A program made the translations under genes and the position numbers. The notes under the pieces are model-generated. The model saw nothing but the letters and a program-made list of their open reading frames with translations. It was not told where the DNA came from and searched no databases. Shown piece after piece: positions 38,001 to 46,843 of a stretch of DNA of 64,000 bases. Origin of the DNA: Bacteroidales bacterium UBA1184 (GTDB lineage Bacteria > Bacteroidota > Bacteroidia > Bacteroidales > ML635J-15); NCBI GenBank assembly GCA_002310235.1, contig DBYO01000032.1, forward strand, positions 1,462 through 65,461, in the 5' to 3' direction. Within the stretch, counting starts at the first letter, position 1. The number at the start of each line of letters is the position of its first letter.

Positions 38001-38607
38001 CGTTCATCAGGTATTCGTCGTTTATTACAAAACCTTCGGTGGCGTTCAATGCTGTCAGTCTCTGTAAGGTTGGAGAATATAGGTTTAGCGGGTCGGCTTT
38101 TATTCCTTCCACAATGAAACTTGCAGTCGGAAACGAAAGCATTCGCTTGATGTTTTGCAGGCAGGTGGCAACATGGCAGGTGTCGGCAAGTAGCGAATCC
38201 ATTCTCTGGAAGTCGTTTTCGGTAAGGAACAAAGGTTGGTTCTCGCGTATGAAATCAATTGCATCGAAAACTTGTCCGTCGTCAATTTTGCATCTTAGAT
38301 CGTTTACTAGATGCGATGTGTCGGCTTCCTCCCAGTTTGTTTCAAAGTCGTCAACAGCCGACATAAGTTCATCGGTGTCGTCCGATGAGAAGATTATTGT
38401 AATTTGTCCTTGATTGCTCAGGTCGTTGTAAACTGAGGTGTATTTTTCCTTTTCGGGGTCGGTGGGCAGAAAGTCGGCAATGTTTTCCTTATAGTCTAGT
38501 TGCAAAGCAGAAAGTACGCACAGTGCGGTAATTGTCAATAATATGATTATTGAAAGAACTTTGCGCTTTGACAGGTAGTCGTATATCGATAGGAAAAATC
38601 TATTCAT
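35083..38607 (-). CDS. MMPL/RND-type exporter fused to a PlsC-type acyltransferase and an extra C-terminal domain
   Basis: ~780 aa with two bundles of TM helices separated by soluble loops (MMPL-like). Then AVIIANHQSHLDLSCIM (HX4D) and VVIFPEGTRS (acyltransferase). The last ~120 aa contain IKNSGYGELAW...VYALETD, a Rossmann/methyltransferase-like remnant. Confidence 0.7.
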   Translation of the reverse strand: MNRFFLSIYDYLSKRKVLSIIILLTITALCVLSALQLDYKENIADFLPTDPEKEKYTSVYNDLSNQGQITIIFSSDDTDELMSAVDDFETNWEEADTSHLVNDLRCKIDDGQVFDAIDFIRENQPLFLTENDFQRMDSLLADTCHVATCLQNIKRMLSFPTASFIVEGIKADPLNLYSPTLQRLTALNATEGFVINDEYLMNESGDKAFAFFSSPFAGSDTKNNAILVELINNVIDTTAQNHQNVKISAVGAPTIAVTNAQQIKHDSFLSIAIALVLIFGILMFTMARKRNLIWLGISILFGWIFALAIIALFKTSISIIVIGIGSVILGIAVNYPLHYLDHIKQQPDKREALKDVIQPLVIGNITTVAAFACLIFVKAEAMHDLGLFGALMLIGTILFVMVFLPLLAVVPKKKHKLFVDSGKEPNEKWRKIKTFAFWPLVIVTIILGYYSQETTFDSDLHNINYMTEQQKEDIALLNESMQKEGKTDLIYVVSESNDLQQALQQNEKIISNLKKSIPQNVNVSISGPDGLLPSNEKQKESIERWNDFWQRHADIANEINREAIANGFTANAFVPFTDNIGKQYDTKSQDEMQPLLELCKNYTLQHDTLTRVVNFVRVPAEYSDTLKQQLRQTLSDNGFAFSMSDIGSNLVTVLSEDFDYILYVCSIVVFFFLCISFGRLELSILAFLPLTIGWAWILGLMYFFGIKFNIVNIILATFIFGQGDDYTIFITEGLLYEYSYGKKMLKNYRNSVILSGILMFIGIGALIFAKHPAMKSLAEVAIVGMMTVVLMACYLPPVIFNWLTKKKGQLRDVPVTIKRLLYTFVSLLVFFVSAFVIVTPFTLFYKLIGRDSERKRLWYHKLIVVFNRFAILRLPGVKYSLDNPNGEDFEKPAVIIANHQSHLDLSCIMMQSHKVVILTNDWVWKNPIYGLIIRYAEFYPVSDGYDKNIERLRKLVARGYSVVIFPEGTRSVTGEIMRFHKGAFQLAQSLNIDILPIFIHGANHAMPKNDIILREGALHIEIGQRYSAEKVQSVTARELTSYFHKYYLEHFEEIRNKCEDTEYVSKLVRYKYIYKGNDVERSSRANIRKIKAHSEEINTMHGSSIAIKNSGYGELAWTIALVHRQTQVYALETDIDQFLIASHCTYIPQNLHFINDENELPTCELTIDCQTFLK

Positions 38608-39349
38608 GCGACCTCCATTTCCTTATTAGTAGTGACGGCCATCCGTATAAAATCGCCACGAAGCAAAGTATTGTGTTCAGTATGCTGATTCTGAAGAAGT
38701 CCCAGAAAGGCCTGAAATGCGAAATGCGTTCCTCGGCTTTGGGATAGAATACATTTATCTTAATGGGAATCAGAGGTATGTTGCGCCATGCTGAGAAAAC
38801 AAGCAACTCTAATTCGGCTTCGTACCGGGATGTAATCATACAAAGACTAGGCATGTTTTTGAGTGGATATAGTCTATAGCCAGTCTGTGTGTCGGGTAGA
38901 TTGATGCCAGTTTGAACTCTGAACCAGAAGTTTGAGAACTTGTTGGCAAATGTATTGCCACCAGGCATGTTTTCTTGTTTCAGATTTCTGCTTCCGACTA
39001 TTAATGCATTTCGTTTTTGCCTTATGGCATCAATGAACAAGGGAATGTCTTCAGGAAAATGCTGTCCGTCCGAGTCGATTGTAATTGCATAGTCGAAACC
39101 GAGTTCTCTTGCCTTTTCGAAGCCTTTTTTCAGGGCGTATCCTTTGCCACGGTTCTTGCCGTAGTCAACTACAGTGATTTTGTCACCCAGCGATGTTATA
39201 ATTTCTGGTGTATTGTCTGTGCAGCCGTCGTTTACAATGATTAAATCATTTGTAAACGCCAACACGCGTTCCGCGACATTCCGCAGAGTTCCGCCGTTGT
39301 TGTAGGTTGGCATTATTACGCACAGTTTCAATGCGTCAGATTCTTTCAT
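38600..39349 (-). CDS. family 2 glycosyltransferase
   Basis: CVIMPTYNNGGTL, IIVNDGCTDNT and ITIDSDGQH (DxD) motifs. C-terminal TM. Confidence 0.8.
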   Translation of the reverse strand: MKESDALKLCVIMPTYNNGGTLRNVAERVLAFTNDLIIVNDGCTDNTPEIITSLGDKITVVDYGKNRGKGYALKKGFEKARELGFDYAITIDSDGQHFPEDIPLFIDAIRQKRNALIVGSRNLKQENMPGGNTFANKFSNFWFRVQTGINLPDTQTGYRLYPLKNMPSLCMITSRYEAELELLVFSAWRNIPLIPIKINVFYPKAEERISHFRPFWDFFRISILNTILCFVAILYGWPSLLIRKWRSHE

Positions 39350-39713
39350 AGCTGAATATAAGTGATATTTTGGCGTAAATTGTTGTTTCGTCGTTCACTA
39401 GTACCTGTACCTTGCAGCCGTTTCCCTCTTCCTTGAAGTTTGAGAATACGTATTTGATTCTTTTGCCTTCGGCAGGAATAATAACAGATAGAAATTTTAC
39501 ATTTTTAACGTTTTTGAGCCACAATTTACGGTTTATTTTGTTTTCAAGAAGTTCTCCTGCGGTCTTAATTATGCACACGCCAGGAGTGATTGGATTTCCA
39601 GGAAAATGTGCCTTATATATTATGTGAGACGGATTTGTTTCTATTTCAGCTACAAATCCGTTTTCGTTGTCTTCGACATTGATGGTTGTATATAGGTTGT
39701 CTGTCATTTGCAT
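39336..39713 (-). CDS. hotdog-fold 3-hydroxyacyl-ACP dehydratase (FabZ/ApeP-like)
   Basis: HFPGNPITPGVCIIKTAGEL matches the FabZ active-site His/Glu context. Confidence 0.75.
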   Translation of the reverse strand: MQMTDNLYTTINVEDNENGFVAEIETNPSHIIYKAHFPGNPITPGVCIIKTAGELLENKINRKLWLKNVKNVKFLSVIIPAEGKRIKYVFSNFKEEGNGCKVQVLVNDETTIYAKISLIFSYERI

Positions 39714-40303
39714 GTTTCGGTGTTTGCGTTCAGTATGATGTCGGTAAACTGTATTGTGGTATTGTCGCCGTTGGCTTCGGTGAGGACAACCTTGTTGATG
39801 ATGTCCCTTTTCTTTTCGAAATAGAATGTCATTGTGCTGAACATTCGTTTCATGTCGCTCTTTTTCGGTTTCATGTCGGCACGCCAGAAGTTGCCGTCGC
39901 TGGAAATTGTAACGTCGAATGTTGACTTGTCGAACAGATTTTTGCCAGTGGCACTACTCATGATAATTTTCATCATGCCTTGGTACATTCTGTTTTTTGT
40001 GTCAAGAATTTCCTCTTTCCCATCGGAAATCTTTGTCATTTTTTCTCCGTCAACTTTGATTGCAAATGGGTATGGGTCGGTGTATTCCCATTTCATCTTG
40101 TCGGGCGCTACATAGCACATTCTGCCTTTCGAAACCGTAGGTTCTGCAAGCATCGACATTGTCTTGTTTTGCGTGAAGTTGCATTGCATCGATTTCATCG
40201 AAGCAGCGGCTTGCGTCAACTTAGCCATTATTTCGTCGTTAGATTGAGCGAAACTGAAAATGCTTGCGACTAAGGCAATTATAATTAAAAAAATCTTTTT
40301 CAT
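39704..40303 (-). CDS. LolA-like outer-membrane lipoprotein carrier family protein
   Basis: Signal MKKIFLIIIALVASIFSFAQ. ~200 aa with FTQ.K....L and KM(K)WEY blocks as in LolA-like proteins of aryl-polyene clusters. Confidence 0.65.
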   Translation of the reverse strand: MKKIFLIIIALVASIFSFAQSNDEIMAKLTQAAASMKSMQCNFTQNKTMSMLAEPTVSKGRMCYVAPDKMKWEYTDPYPFAIKVDGEKMTKISDGKEEILDTKNRMYQGMMKIIMSSATGKNLFDKSTFDVTISSDGNFWRADMKPKKSDMKRMFSTMTFYFEKKRDIINKVVLTEANGDNTTIQFTDIILNANTETCK

Positions 40304-40304
40304 C

Positions 40305-40658
40305 TCATTTTAGAATTAAGAAACAACCAGATACGACAAGAATCAGGCCAATCCATCGCGAAAAAGGAATACTTTCTCCAAAAACTAACCATGCAGCCAA
40401 CATTCCGAATACGAACGATAAGCTTGTCAGAGGGTAGGCTTGGCTGAACGGGAATTTTTTCAGAATGAAAAACCATAGTACGGTTGCAAGTCCGAAGCTA
40501 ACTCCACATGCCAGTAGCCACCAGTCGGTTGCAACAGACTTGAAGTATGCCCACGACCACTCGAATTTGCCCAACTTTTCCAGTCCAAGCTTAAGCAGCA
40601 CCTGTCCTCCTGCGAGGAAAAACGTTTGCAACGATACTAATCCAAAAATCTTCCACAC
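40305..40658 (-). CDS. small DMT/EamA-like (ArnE-type) 4-TM membrane protein
   Basis: 117 aa, four TM helices, LAGGQVLLKLG and AYPLTSLSFVFG patterns. Confidence 0.6.
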   Translation of the reverse strand: MWKIFGLVSLQTFFLAGGQVLLKLGLEKLGKFEWSWAYFKSVATDWWLLACGVSFGLATVLWFFILKKFPFSQAYPLTSLSFVFGMLAAWLVFGESIPFSRWIGLILVVSGCFLILK

Positions 40659-40660
40659 GG

Positions 40661-41689
40661 TTATTTCTCCAATAGCGTTAATGAATAGTTCGTTCCATCG
40701 GAACGATTGAAAATTAAAATGTTATTAGGTTTCTTGTCGGTGATGTCCTTTTCGTTTACGAATAAATTGCGAGCTACGAAACCCGATTTCAGGCATTGTG
40801 CTGCGACATAAAAGCCGATTCCCGAAGCGGTAAAACTTTCACCGAACAGATTTTTGTATTTCAGCAAAGGTCTGTCGCCAAAGAGTGCTTTTGTTTCTGA
40901 CATGTATTCTTCATCGTTTTCTTTATAGCCACTGATACCTGTGAGTATGAAGTCGATGTCGGAACATGTTTTGCCATTTTCTTGCAGGAACTTTGCAACT
41001 TTTTCTTTCAACGAGTCAATTCCATGCTGATGTATTATTTTGTGACCTGACAGTTTACACAATGCATTATCCTGCTTGTCGGACAAAATCACAGAAACGG
41101 CTGCCTCTCCGCAAATTTCATTGTCGAAACCTATTACGCCGCCTTTTTTCAGGATCTGATAAAAGGTTTCGGTCATTTCATCGTGACCACCGACTAAAGC
41201 CGAACTTATTTTGTTGAGGCGGAATTGCAGATAAGCGTCGTAAAGTGCGCTATCGAACGATATTTCCTTATGTGCGTAAGTGGCGTTGTAGCCGTGATTC
41301 TTGATTTGTATTGCAATCAGTGAACTTATTGTATTGTGGGTTGATTGCATGAAATATGTCGGTTTTAGCAGTTGTTCGCCTTCTTTTGAAAGGGCATCGA
41401 GGAAAAATTCGGTGTTTTCGATACATCCGTAGCCTGTTCCGGTTACTATTGCATCAACAGATTCAAGTCCCGATGCTTTCAGAGCTTCTTTCGACGTTGC
41501 AAGTGCACGCTTTAGGATTTTTCCCATACGCCGTGCTTCGATAGGAGATACGTATTCCTTGAAACTCGGATCAATGGAACGGGTGAAATCCACGTTGTAC
41601 AATTCAGGAGAAGTCATCCATTCTTCGGATAATGGCTGCTGTATCGAAATCTGCTTTGCAGAAAGTACATATATCTCTTTGTTCGTCAT
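40661..41689 (-). CDS. ketosynthase-like chain-length-factor type protein (no active-site Cys seen)
   Basis: Thiolase-fold-like length and blocks (ARRMGKILKRALATSKEAL, IVTGTGYGC, MQSTHNTISS) but no C-H-H triad. ATGA-coupled to the upstream KS. Confidence 0.65.
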   Translation of the reverse strand: MTNKEIYVLSAKQISIQQPLSEEWMTSPELYNVDFTRSIDPSFKEYVSPIEARRMGKILKRALATSKEALKASGLESVDAIVTGTGYGCIENTEFFLDALSKEGEQLLKPTYFMQSTHNTISSLIAIQIKNHGYNATYAHKEISFDSALYDAYLQFRLNKISSALVGGHDEMTETFYQILKKGGVIGFDNEICGEAAVSVILSDKQDNALCKLSGHKIIHQHGIDSLKEKVAKFLQENGKTCSDIDFILTGISGYKENDEEYMSETKALFGDRPLLKYKNLFGESFTASGIGFYVAAQCLKSGFVARNLFVNEKDITDKKPNNILIFNRSDGTNYSLTLLEK

Positions 41690-42885
41690 TTCTGCTCAAA
41701 TTTTGAAAGTAATAATGAAGAATCGTTACCACCAAAGCCGAATGCATTACACAGAATGTGCTTCAAGTCTTTTTTTGTTGACTGGTGGACTGGAATTATT
41801 CCATCGTCCATTGCCTGTGAGTAGTTTAGGTTGACTGGCAGAAATCCGTTTTGCAGTGCAAGAATGCAGAATACGGCTTCTATTGAGCCTGATGCGCTTG
41901 TGGTGTGTCCCGTAAATGGTTTTGTCGATGAGGCAGGGGGAAGGTTCTCTCCGAACAATCTTTTCATTGCCTGGCTTTCGCTGGCGTCGTTGTTGGGTGT
42001 TCCTGTTCCGTGAGCGTTGATGTAGTCAACTTCAGACGTTTTTACGCCTGCCATTTCCAATGCTTCTTTCATAGCTAGGTATGCACCTTCGCCGTCGGGC
42101 GACGATGCAGTCTGGTGAAAAGCGTCGCAGGCATTGCCGTATCCCGAAAGTACTGCTTGTATTTTTGCCTTGCGTTTTTTTGCGCTATTCTCCGATTCAA
42201 GAACCAAGTATGCTGCGCCTTCTCCAAGATTCAATCCGTTTCGGGTTGCATCAAACGGACGGCAAGGCTTTGTGTCGAGAATCATAAGCGAGTTGAAACC
42301 GTTAAGGTGGAACTTTGTTATGCACTCGCTACCGCCTACTATCACAATCTCAGCTTCGCCACAACGTATCATGTTTGCTCCTAGTATTATTGCGTTTGCA
42401 GCCGAGGAACATGCCGTGGAAAGTGTTGTTATAAATGCAAAGTTGCCAAAATGCTTGGCTGTCATTTCCGAGCAATTTCCACAATCGTGAACAGAAATGT
42501 ATTCCTTATGGAAATCGTTACTTATATAGTCGAGGTAGAATTGCTCGCTCATGTCCATTCCACCGACTGTAGTTCCCGATATGAACCCAATTTCATGGAG
42601 CATTTCTGTGGTAATCTCAGCCTGTTTCATAGCCTCGTCAAGAGCAAGCATTCCCATAAGCGCAGTGCGCGTGGTTATGGCGTTTTCGCTAATTCCCAAT
42701 AGTTTGCGCATTTCGGCATCCGACAGTTTTACCTCGCCTACGGGAAACTCCTTGTGTTCGGTTTTCAAGTATTTAAGTTTACCTACACCGGAACGTTCGC
42801 CCATCAAGGCTTCCAAAGTTTCCTTTTGGTTTAGGCCGATTGCAGAAACTACGCCGCAGCCAGTTATGTAAATCGGAGCAGTCAT
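41686..42885 (-). CDS. beta-ketoacyl-ACP synthase (FabF-like KS)
   Basis: Active-site Cys in TLSTACSSAANAI. His in NAHGTGTPNND and FTGHTTSASG. Confidence 0.85.
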   Translation of the reverse strand: MTAPIYITGCGVVSAIGLNQKETLEALMGERSGVGKLKYLKTEHKEFPVGEVKLSDAEMRKLLGISENAITTRTALMGMLALDEAMKQAEITTEMLHEIGFISGTTVGGMDMSEQFYLDYISNDFHKEYISVHDCGNCSEMTAKHFGNFAFITTLSTACSSAANAIILGANMIRCGEAEIVIVGGSECITKFHLNGFNSLMILDTKPCRPFDATRNGLNLGEGAAYLVLESENSAKKRKAKIQAVLSGYGNACDAFHQTASSPDGEGAYLAMKEALEMAGVKTSEVDYINAHGTGTPNNDASESQAMKRLFGENLPPASSTKPFTGHTTSASGSIEAVFCILALQNGFLPVNLNYSQAMDDGIIPVHQSTKKDLKHILCNAFGFGGNDSSLLLSKFEQK

Positions 42886-43143
42886 TTATTTTGTTCTGTT
42901 CTGTTGGATGAACTCTGCCATCACCTTTACCGACTTGAAAATTTCCTTTCCTTGATTTGGATCCTGCAGTTTTATACCATAGTTCTTTTCCATTAGCACT
43001 ATGAGTTCGAGTGCATCAATTGAGTCAAGTCCAAGACCTTCGCCAAACAGCGATGCGTTTTCATCAATGTCTTCTGGAGTCATGTCTTCGAGGTTCAGTG
43101 CTTCGATAATTTCCTGTTTCAGTTTGTAAATCAATTCGTCCAT
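42886..43143 (-). CDS. acyl carrier protein
   Basis: 85 aa. Phosphopantetheine Ser in GLGLDSIDALELI. Confidence 0.85.
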   Translation of the reverse strand: MDELIYKLKQEIIEALNLEDMTPEDIDENASLFGEGLGLDSIDALELIVLMEKNYGIKLQDPNQGKEIFKSVKVMAEFIQQNRTK

Positions 43144-43156
43144 AACTTTTATTAAT

Positions 43157-43711
43157 TTATTTTTCCATTAAAAATATATTCGCTTCAAAATGTTCTTCGT
43201 CGGTACAGTCGAGCCAACCACCGATTATGCTTTTTGTATCGGTGTCTTGGAATGCAACCGACAGGTTTTGTTCCATGAGTTTTTCATCGTTTTCTTCAAT
43301 CACAATAAACGAAGTTTCTCCAAAATACTTGTTTCTGATTGCAATTTCTCCAGTTACAATGTTTGGCAGTGTGTAAACGAATGCTGCTGGACTTGGGAAG
43401 AAATTTTCGGAATCCTGTATTGTCGATTGGTAGTTCGTGTCGGCCTGTAGTGATGCGTTTCTGTTGAAAAGTATTATTGCGCGGTCTTCTCTGGGCTCGA
43501 AATTTCTGTCCCCCTCGGAATTGAGCAGCAATTCAGATGCAACAAAGCCCAATTTGCACAAGGTGTCCATTTTGAAAAACTTCGGATAATCGCCAATGTG
43601 ACTGCGATAAATCTGAGTCAGTAGGGCAGAGCCTTTTTCGGTAAGTTCCAATGCTTTGCCATCGACTATGGTCTTGACTGTTGATATGTAAACTCTATGT
43701 TGTATCATCAT
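43157..43711 (-). CDS. small KS-N-terminal-like protein typical of aryl-polyene/flexirubin clusters
   Basis: 184 aa from the ATG at 43711 (ATGA overlap with the upstream KS stop). No catalytic Cys. The position between KS and ACP is as in APE clusters. Assignment from memory of such clusters. Confidence 0.5.
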   Translation of the reverse strand: MMIQHRVYISTVKTIVDGKALELTEKGSALLTQIYRSHIGDYPKFFKMDTLCKLGFVASELLLNSEGDRNFEPREDRAIILFNRNASLQADTNYQSTIQDSENFFPSPAAFVYTLPNIVTGEIAIRNKYFGETSFIVIEENDEKLMEQNLSVAFQDTDTKSIIGGWLDCTDEEHFEANIFLMEK

Positions 43712-44826
43712 TGCAAGCCTCCTTTCGTCATTAGCAGTGCAGCGTTGCAACCGCCGAATCCCGACAACAGCTTTATAAAAGCCCTTTTTTCTGTCGGTTG
43801 GTTTTGGTTTGTAACATTTATATTACGGCTTACTCCCAGAGTCTCAAAACCTCTTGTTGCCAATATGTTGTTATCGTCTATTGCTTGCATCGACATGATG
43901 GTTTCGAGTATGCCCGCTGCACCCATAGTGTGACCGTAGTATCCTTTGAGAGAGTTGACGGGAACATTTGATAGTCCAGCTCTGTCGATGGCTATAGACT
44001 CCATTTCGTCGTTGTATGGTGTAGCCGTTCCGTGAGCGTTTACGAATGCTATTTTTTGTATGTCGATGTCACCGAGTACATATTTTAATGCTCTATAGCT
44101 GCCTTCTCCTGTGCGCGACGGACCGGATATGTGGTTTGCATCGTTGCGGATGGCACCGCGATAAGCGCACCATTCGTTTTCTGATACAGTGTCTTTTCTT
44201 GTGTATATTATTGTTGCTGCGGCATCACCAAGATTCAATCCGTGACGGTTTGCGTCGAATGGTTTGCATTCTTCTGGCGAGAGAGCTTTGAACGACTGGA
44301 AGCCTGAAACAATGAATGCCGACTGTATGTCAACTCCAGAAACTATTACATAGTCGTAATTTCCGCTTTCGAGATGCCTCATTGCTTCTATTTGTGCGCA
44401 AACGCCCGATATACAAGCGTTTGAAACCACAATGGGTTCGTTCGGATTGTGAAAATACGAGGCAATCTGTCGTGCCATCATGCCAAGTCGAACGCGCTCT
44501 TGTGGAAATCCTTTTTCTCGCTTGTCAAGCAAAAATACATTGCCTTTGGTGGTGGAAAGTATAAACAATACTTTTGGTGATGCGGTATCTATATTTGCAT
44601 TTTCCAATGCTTTTGCAACAGAGTGTATTACAGCCTGTTCGACTATGGTATATCTAGTATCTGAGAATAGGCTTCTATCAATTAGCGAGGCTACAAATGC
44701 TTCTGGCAATCCCCAATGTCCTTCGTAACGCCTTAATGCTGATTTACCAGTCTTTACGGCAGCATAGTTTTCGGCAGTTGTCATGCCCAATGGCGAGGTT
44801 ATATTATTTGCAATGCTTACAATCAT
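43708..44826 (-). CDS. beta-ketoacyl-ACP synthase
   Basis: Cys in VSNACISGVCAQ. His in NAHGTATPYND and YGHTMGAAG. The ATG at 44826 forms ATGA with the upstream stop. Confidence 0.8.
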   Translation of the reverse strand: MIVSIANNITSPLGMTTAENYAAVKTGKSALRRYEGHWGLPEAFVASLIDRSLFSDTRYTIVEQAVIHSVAKALENANIDTASPKVLFILSTTKGNVFLLDKREKGFPQERVRLGMMARQIASYFHNPNEPIVVSNACISGVCAQIEAMRHLESGNYDYVIVSGVDIQSAFIVSGFQSFKALSPEECKPFDANRHGLNLGDAAATIIYTRKDTVSENEWCAYRGAIRNDANHISGPSRTGEGSYRALKYVLGDIDIQKIAFVNAHGTATPYNDEMESIAIDRAGLSNVPVNSLKGYYGHTMGAAGILETIMSMQAIDDNNILATRGFETLGVSRNINVTNQNQPTEKRAFIKLLSGFGGCNAALLMTKGGLQ

Positions 44827-45263
44827 TTTCCGACCTCCCATCTTTTTTTCCATTCCTCGTAGAAATCCGGATTCGTCAATACGAGCTGATAGTTGTTTTT
44901 ATTCATAAAAACCTGAATTGTGCGCCCTGTCACATGAATTTCACCAGTTTCTCTGTTGCGAATTTCATAGTCGAATATGATTTTTGCAGCATCGGTAGGG
45001 CGGTAGGTAATTGTGATTTCGGGTTTCATGCCGTAAATCAACGGTTTCTTGTATTTTATTGAAAGGTCAACTATGGGTTCGAAGAAACCTTTACCGTACA
45101 TCATAAGGTAGCCCAAATCGTATTTCTTGCCAAATTCCTCTCTTGCATCCTCGAAGTAAACCGAGTAGTGCCCGTGCCATACGACACCCATCGAATCTAC
45201 TTCGCTGAAGCGTATTTCAAAAGGTTTGGTTACCGATAATATCTTTTCCTTTCCCATAGTCAT
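44823..45263 (-). CDS. 4HBT/YbgC-type hotdog acyl-CoA/ACP thioesterase
   Basis: FEIRFSEVDSMGVVWHGHYSVYFEDAREEF is the canonical 4HBT N-terminal block with catalytic Asp. Confidence 0.8.
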   Translation of the reverse strand: MTMGKEKILSVTKPFEIRFSEVDSMGVVWHGHYSVYFEDAREEFGKKYDLGYLMMYGKGFFEPIVDLSIKYKKPLIYGMKPEITITYRPTDAAKIIFDYEIRNRETGEIHVTGRTIQVFMNKNNYQLVLTNPDFYEEWKKRWEVGK

Positions 45264-45709
45264 TAATTTTTTGAGTCAATGTCAGTCAAGGCAATTTTCA
45301 TGTTGGCCTGAACGATTTCTTCGTTGTCGCTGGCGATTACCGCTTCTACCAATGTCATCTGGAAAACTTCTTCCAGCAATTTGATGGTGGTTGTCAGTTT
45401 TTCTCCGACTTTTGGCGTGCGTTCAATGTTCAGGTTGCTTATTGAACCGATAACACCTATTTTAACAGTTTGACCGTGGTTTAGGTTTATGTATCCTATT
45501 CTTGCTGCACAGGTTTGGGCTATGTTTTCAATCAGTCCCGATGCCGAAAGCCGCCCGTCTTCGACGAACAGATTGTCTTCGCGGACAGTGAGTTCAGTTA
45601 TCGAATACACTTCGTCGCTCGATACCAGCCTGTCAATCATTACGAATGGCGGTCTTTGCGGGATAAGTTCTTCTATTGTCAATTCGTCTATTGCTTTCAT
45701 TGTTTCCAA
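45263..45709 (-). CDS. hotdog-fold dehydratase (ApeI/FabA-like)
   Basis: LIPQRPPFVMIDRLV and GLIENIAQT motifs typical of FabA/FabZ-like dehydratases in APE clusters. Confidence 0.75.
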   Translation of the reverse strand: METMKAIDELTIEELIPQRPPFVMIDRLVSSDEVYSITELTVREDNLFVEDGRLSASGLIENIAQTCAARIGYINLNHGQTVKIGVIGSISNLNIERTPKVGEKLTTTIKLLEEVFQMTLVEAVIASDNEEIVQANMKIALTDIDSKN

Positions 45710-46593
45710 AAATCAAAATAGTTGAACCATTGCGTCGGGTATTTCCTGACGATTTCCTCTAGGTTTTCTGCAAAATTCTGTGCCATTTGGCTCATTTGTT
45801 CGCGAATTTTTGCAGTTCTGTCGCATTGGATTTTACGGACGTATGCATGATATTTCTTTGCCGTTTCTTTCATTACGAAAATAGCAAGAACGGATACGTT
45901 TTTTTGTGTCGCCAATGCAAATGCACCTAATGGAAAACGAGCTGTTTCTCCGAAAAAAGTACATTCAGAAGCTTTTTGTGAACCGAAAATGCGGTCGGCA
46001 GGCATACTTATTATTTCTCCGTTGTCGATTGCAGTGTTTAGTGCAAACAGATGCGACATGTCGGCCATCACCGGAATCATGTTCATGTTGTTTTGTGATA
46101 ATATTCTCCGTCTGTTTTCCATGACGGTTGCTGTTTCTCCTCCAAATACCAGTGCATTGAATCTCTTCGCTTTAGGCTTTAGAGAATAACCAGCAATCTC
46201 ATAATTTCCAACATGACTGCTTAGCAGGACAAAACCTTCGGGATGAGTCTCAAGTTCATCCAAATATTCCTGTCCTTCGACAGAAAAATTGTATTTCTTG
46301 CCTGCATATACGCCAAAGCGGTCCAATATTACTTGACCGAAACGAAAATGGTTTGCATAGACTTTGCAAAAAGATTTTAATCGTCCGTATTGGAAACGTT
46401 TGCGGAAGAATGAGTATGTGGCTTTATAACCTTTTCTGCTGAATATCATGTAGAACGGAACAATAAAAACTGCCATAAATCCGTACATTACCCATATTGG
46501 CAATACACGGAACATGCCGATGAGAGAACGTTGCATCCACGGTTGTCCATCGGTTTTCCCTGACCATTCGTTATGTTGCAACTCTTCAGCCAT
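45697..46593 (-). CDS. LpxL/HtrB-family lysophospholipid (lipid A-type) acyltransferase
   Basis: N-terminal TM. HX4E motif in LSSHVGNYEIAG. ~300 aa, as in the PF03279 family. Confidence 0.75.
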   Translation of the reverse strand: MAEELQHNEWSGKTDGQPWMQRSLIGMFRVLPIWVMYGFMAVFIVPFYMIFSRKGYKATYSFFRKRFQYGRLKSFCKVYANHFRFGQVILDRFGVYAGKKYNFSVEGQEYLDELETHPEGFVLLSSHVGNYEIAGYSLKPKAKRFNALVFGGETATVMENRRRILSQNNMNMIPVMADMSHLFALNTAIDNGEIISMPADRIFGSQKASECTFFGETARFPLGAFALATQKNVSVLAIFVMKETAKKYHAYVRKIQCDRTAKIREQMSQMAQNFAENLEEIVRKYPTQWFNYFDFWKQ

Positions 46594-46596
46594 TAT

Positions 46597-46839
46597 TTAG
46601 GCCGTCTTTTGCTCTATATAATCGCAGAACTGACTGAATGTCTTTATGTTAACCATCTCTTCCGTCTTGATCTTGAAGCCGAATTTTCTTTCGACTATTA
46701 CCACGATGTCAACGAAATCGAGGCTGTCGATACCTATATCTTCCTTAAGCCTTGCTTCTGGCTTTATCTTATCTTCTTCAAGTTCAAGATCTTCAATCAA
46801 AAATTCTTTTACTTTTGCTTCTATTTCTTTTCTATCCAT
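46597..46839 (-). CDS. acyl carrier protein
   Basis: 80 aa. DSL-type motif IGIDSLDFVDIV. Confidence 0.85.
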   Translation of the reverse strand: MDRKEIEAKVKEFLIEDLELEEDKIKPEARLKEDIGIDSLDFVDIVVIVERKFGFKIKTEEMVNIKTFSQFCDYIEQKTA

Positions 46840-46843
46840 ATAA

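Noticed and set aside
43157-43711. Small KS-like ORF as a pseudogene fragment of a ketosynthase
   Set aside because: The ORF is intact and has an ATGA overlap with the upstream KS. Its position, as I recall, is conserved in aryl-polyene/flexirubin clusters. There is no frameshift or stop evidence.
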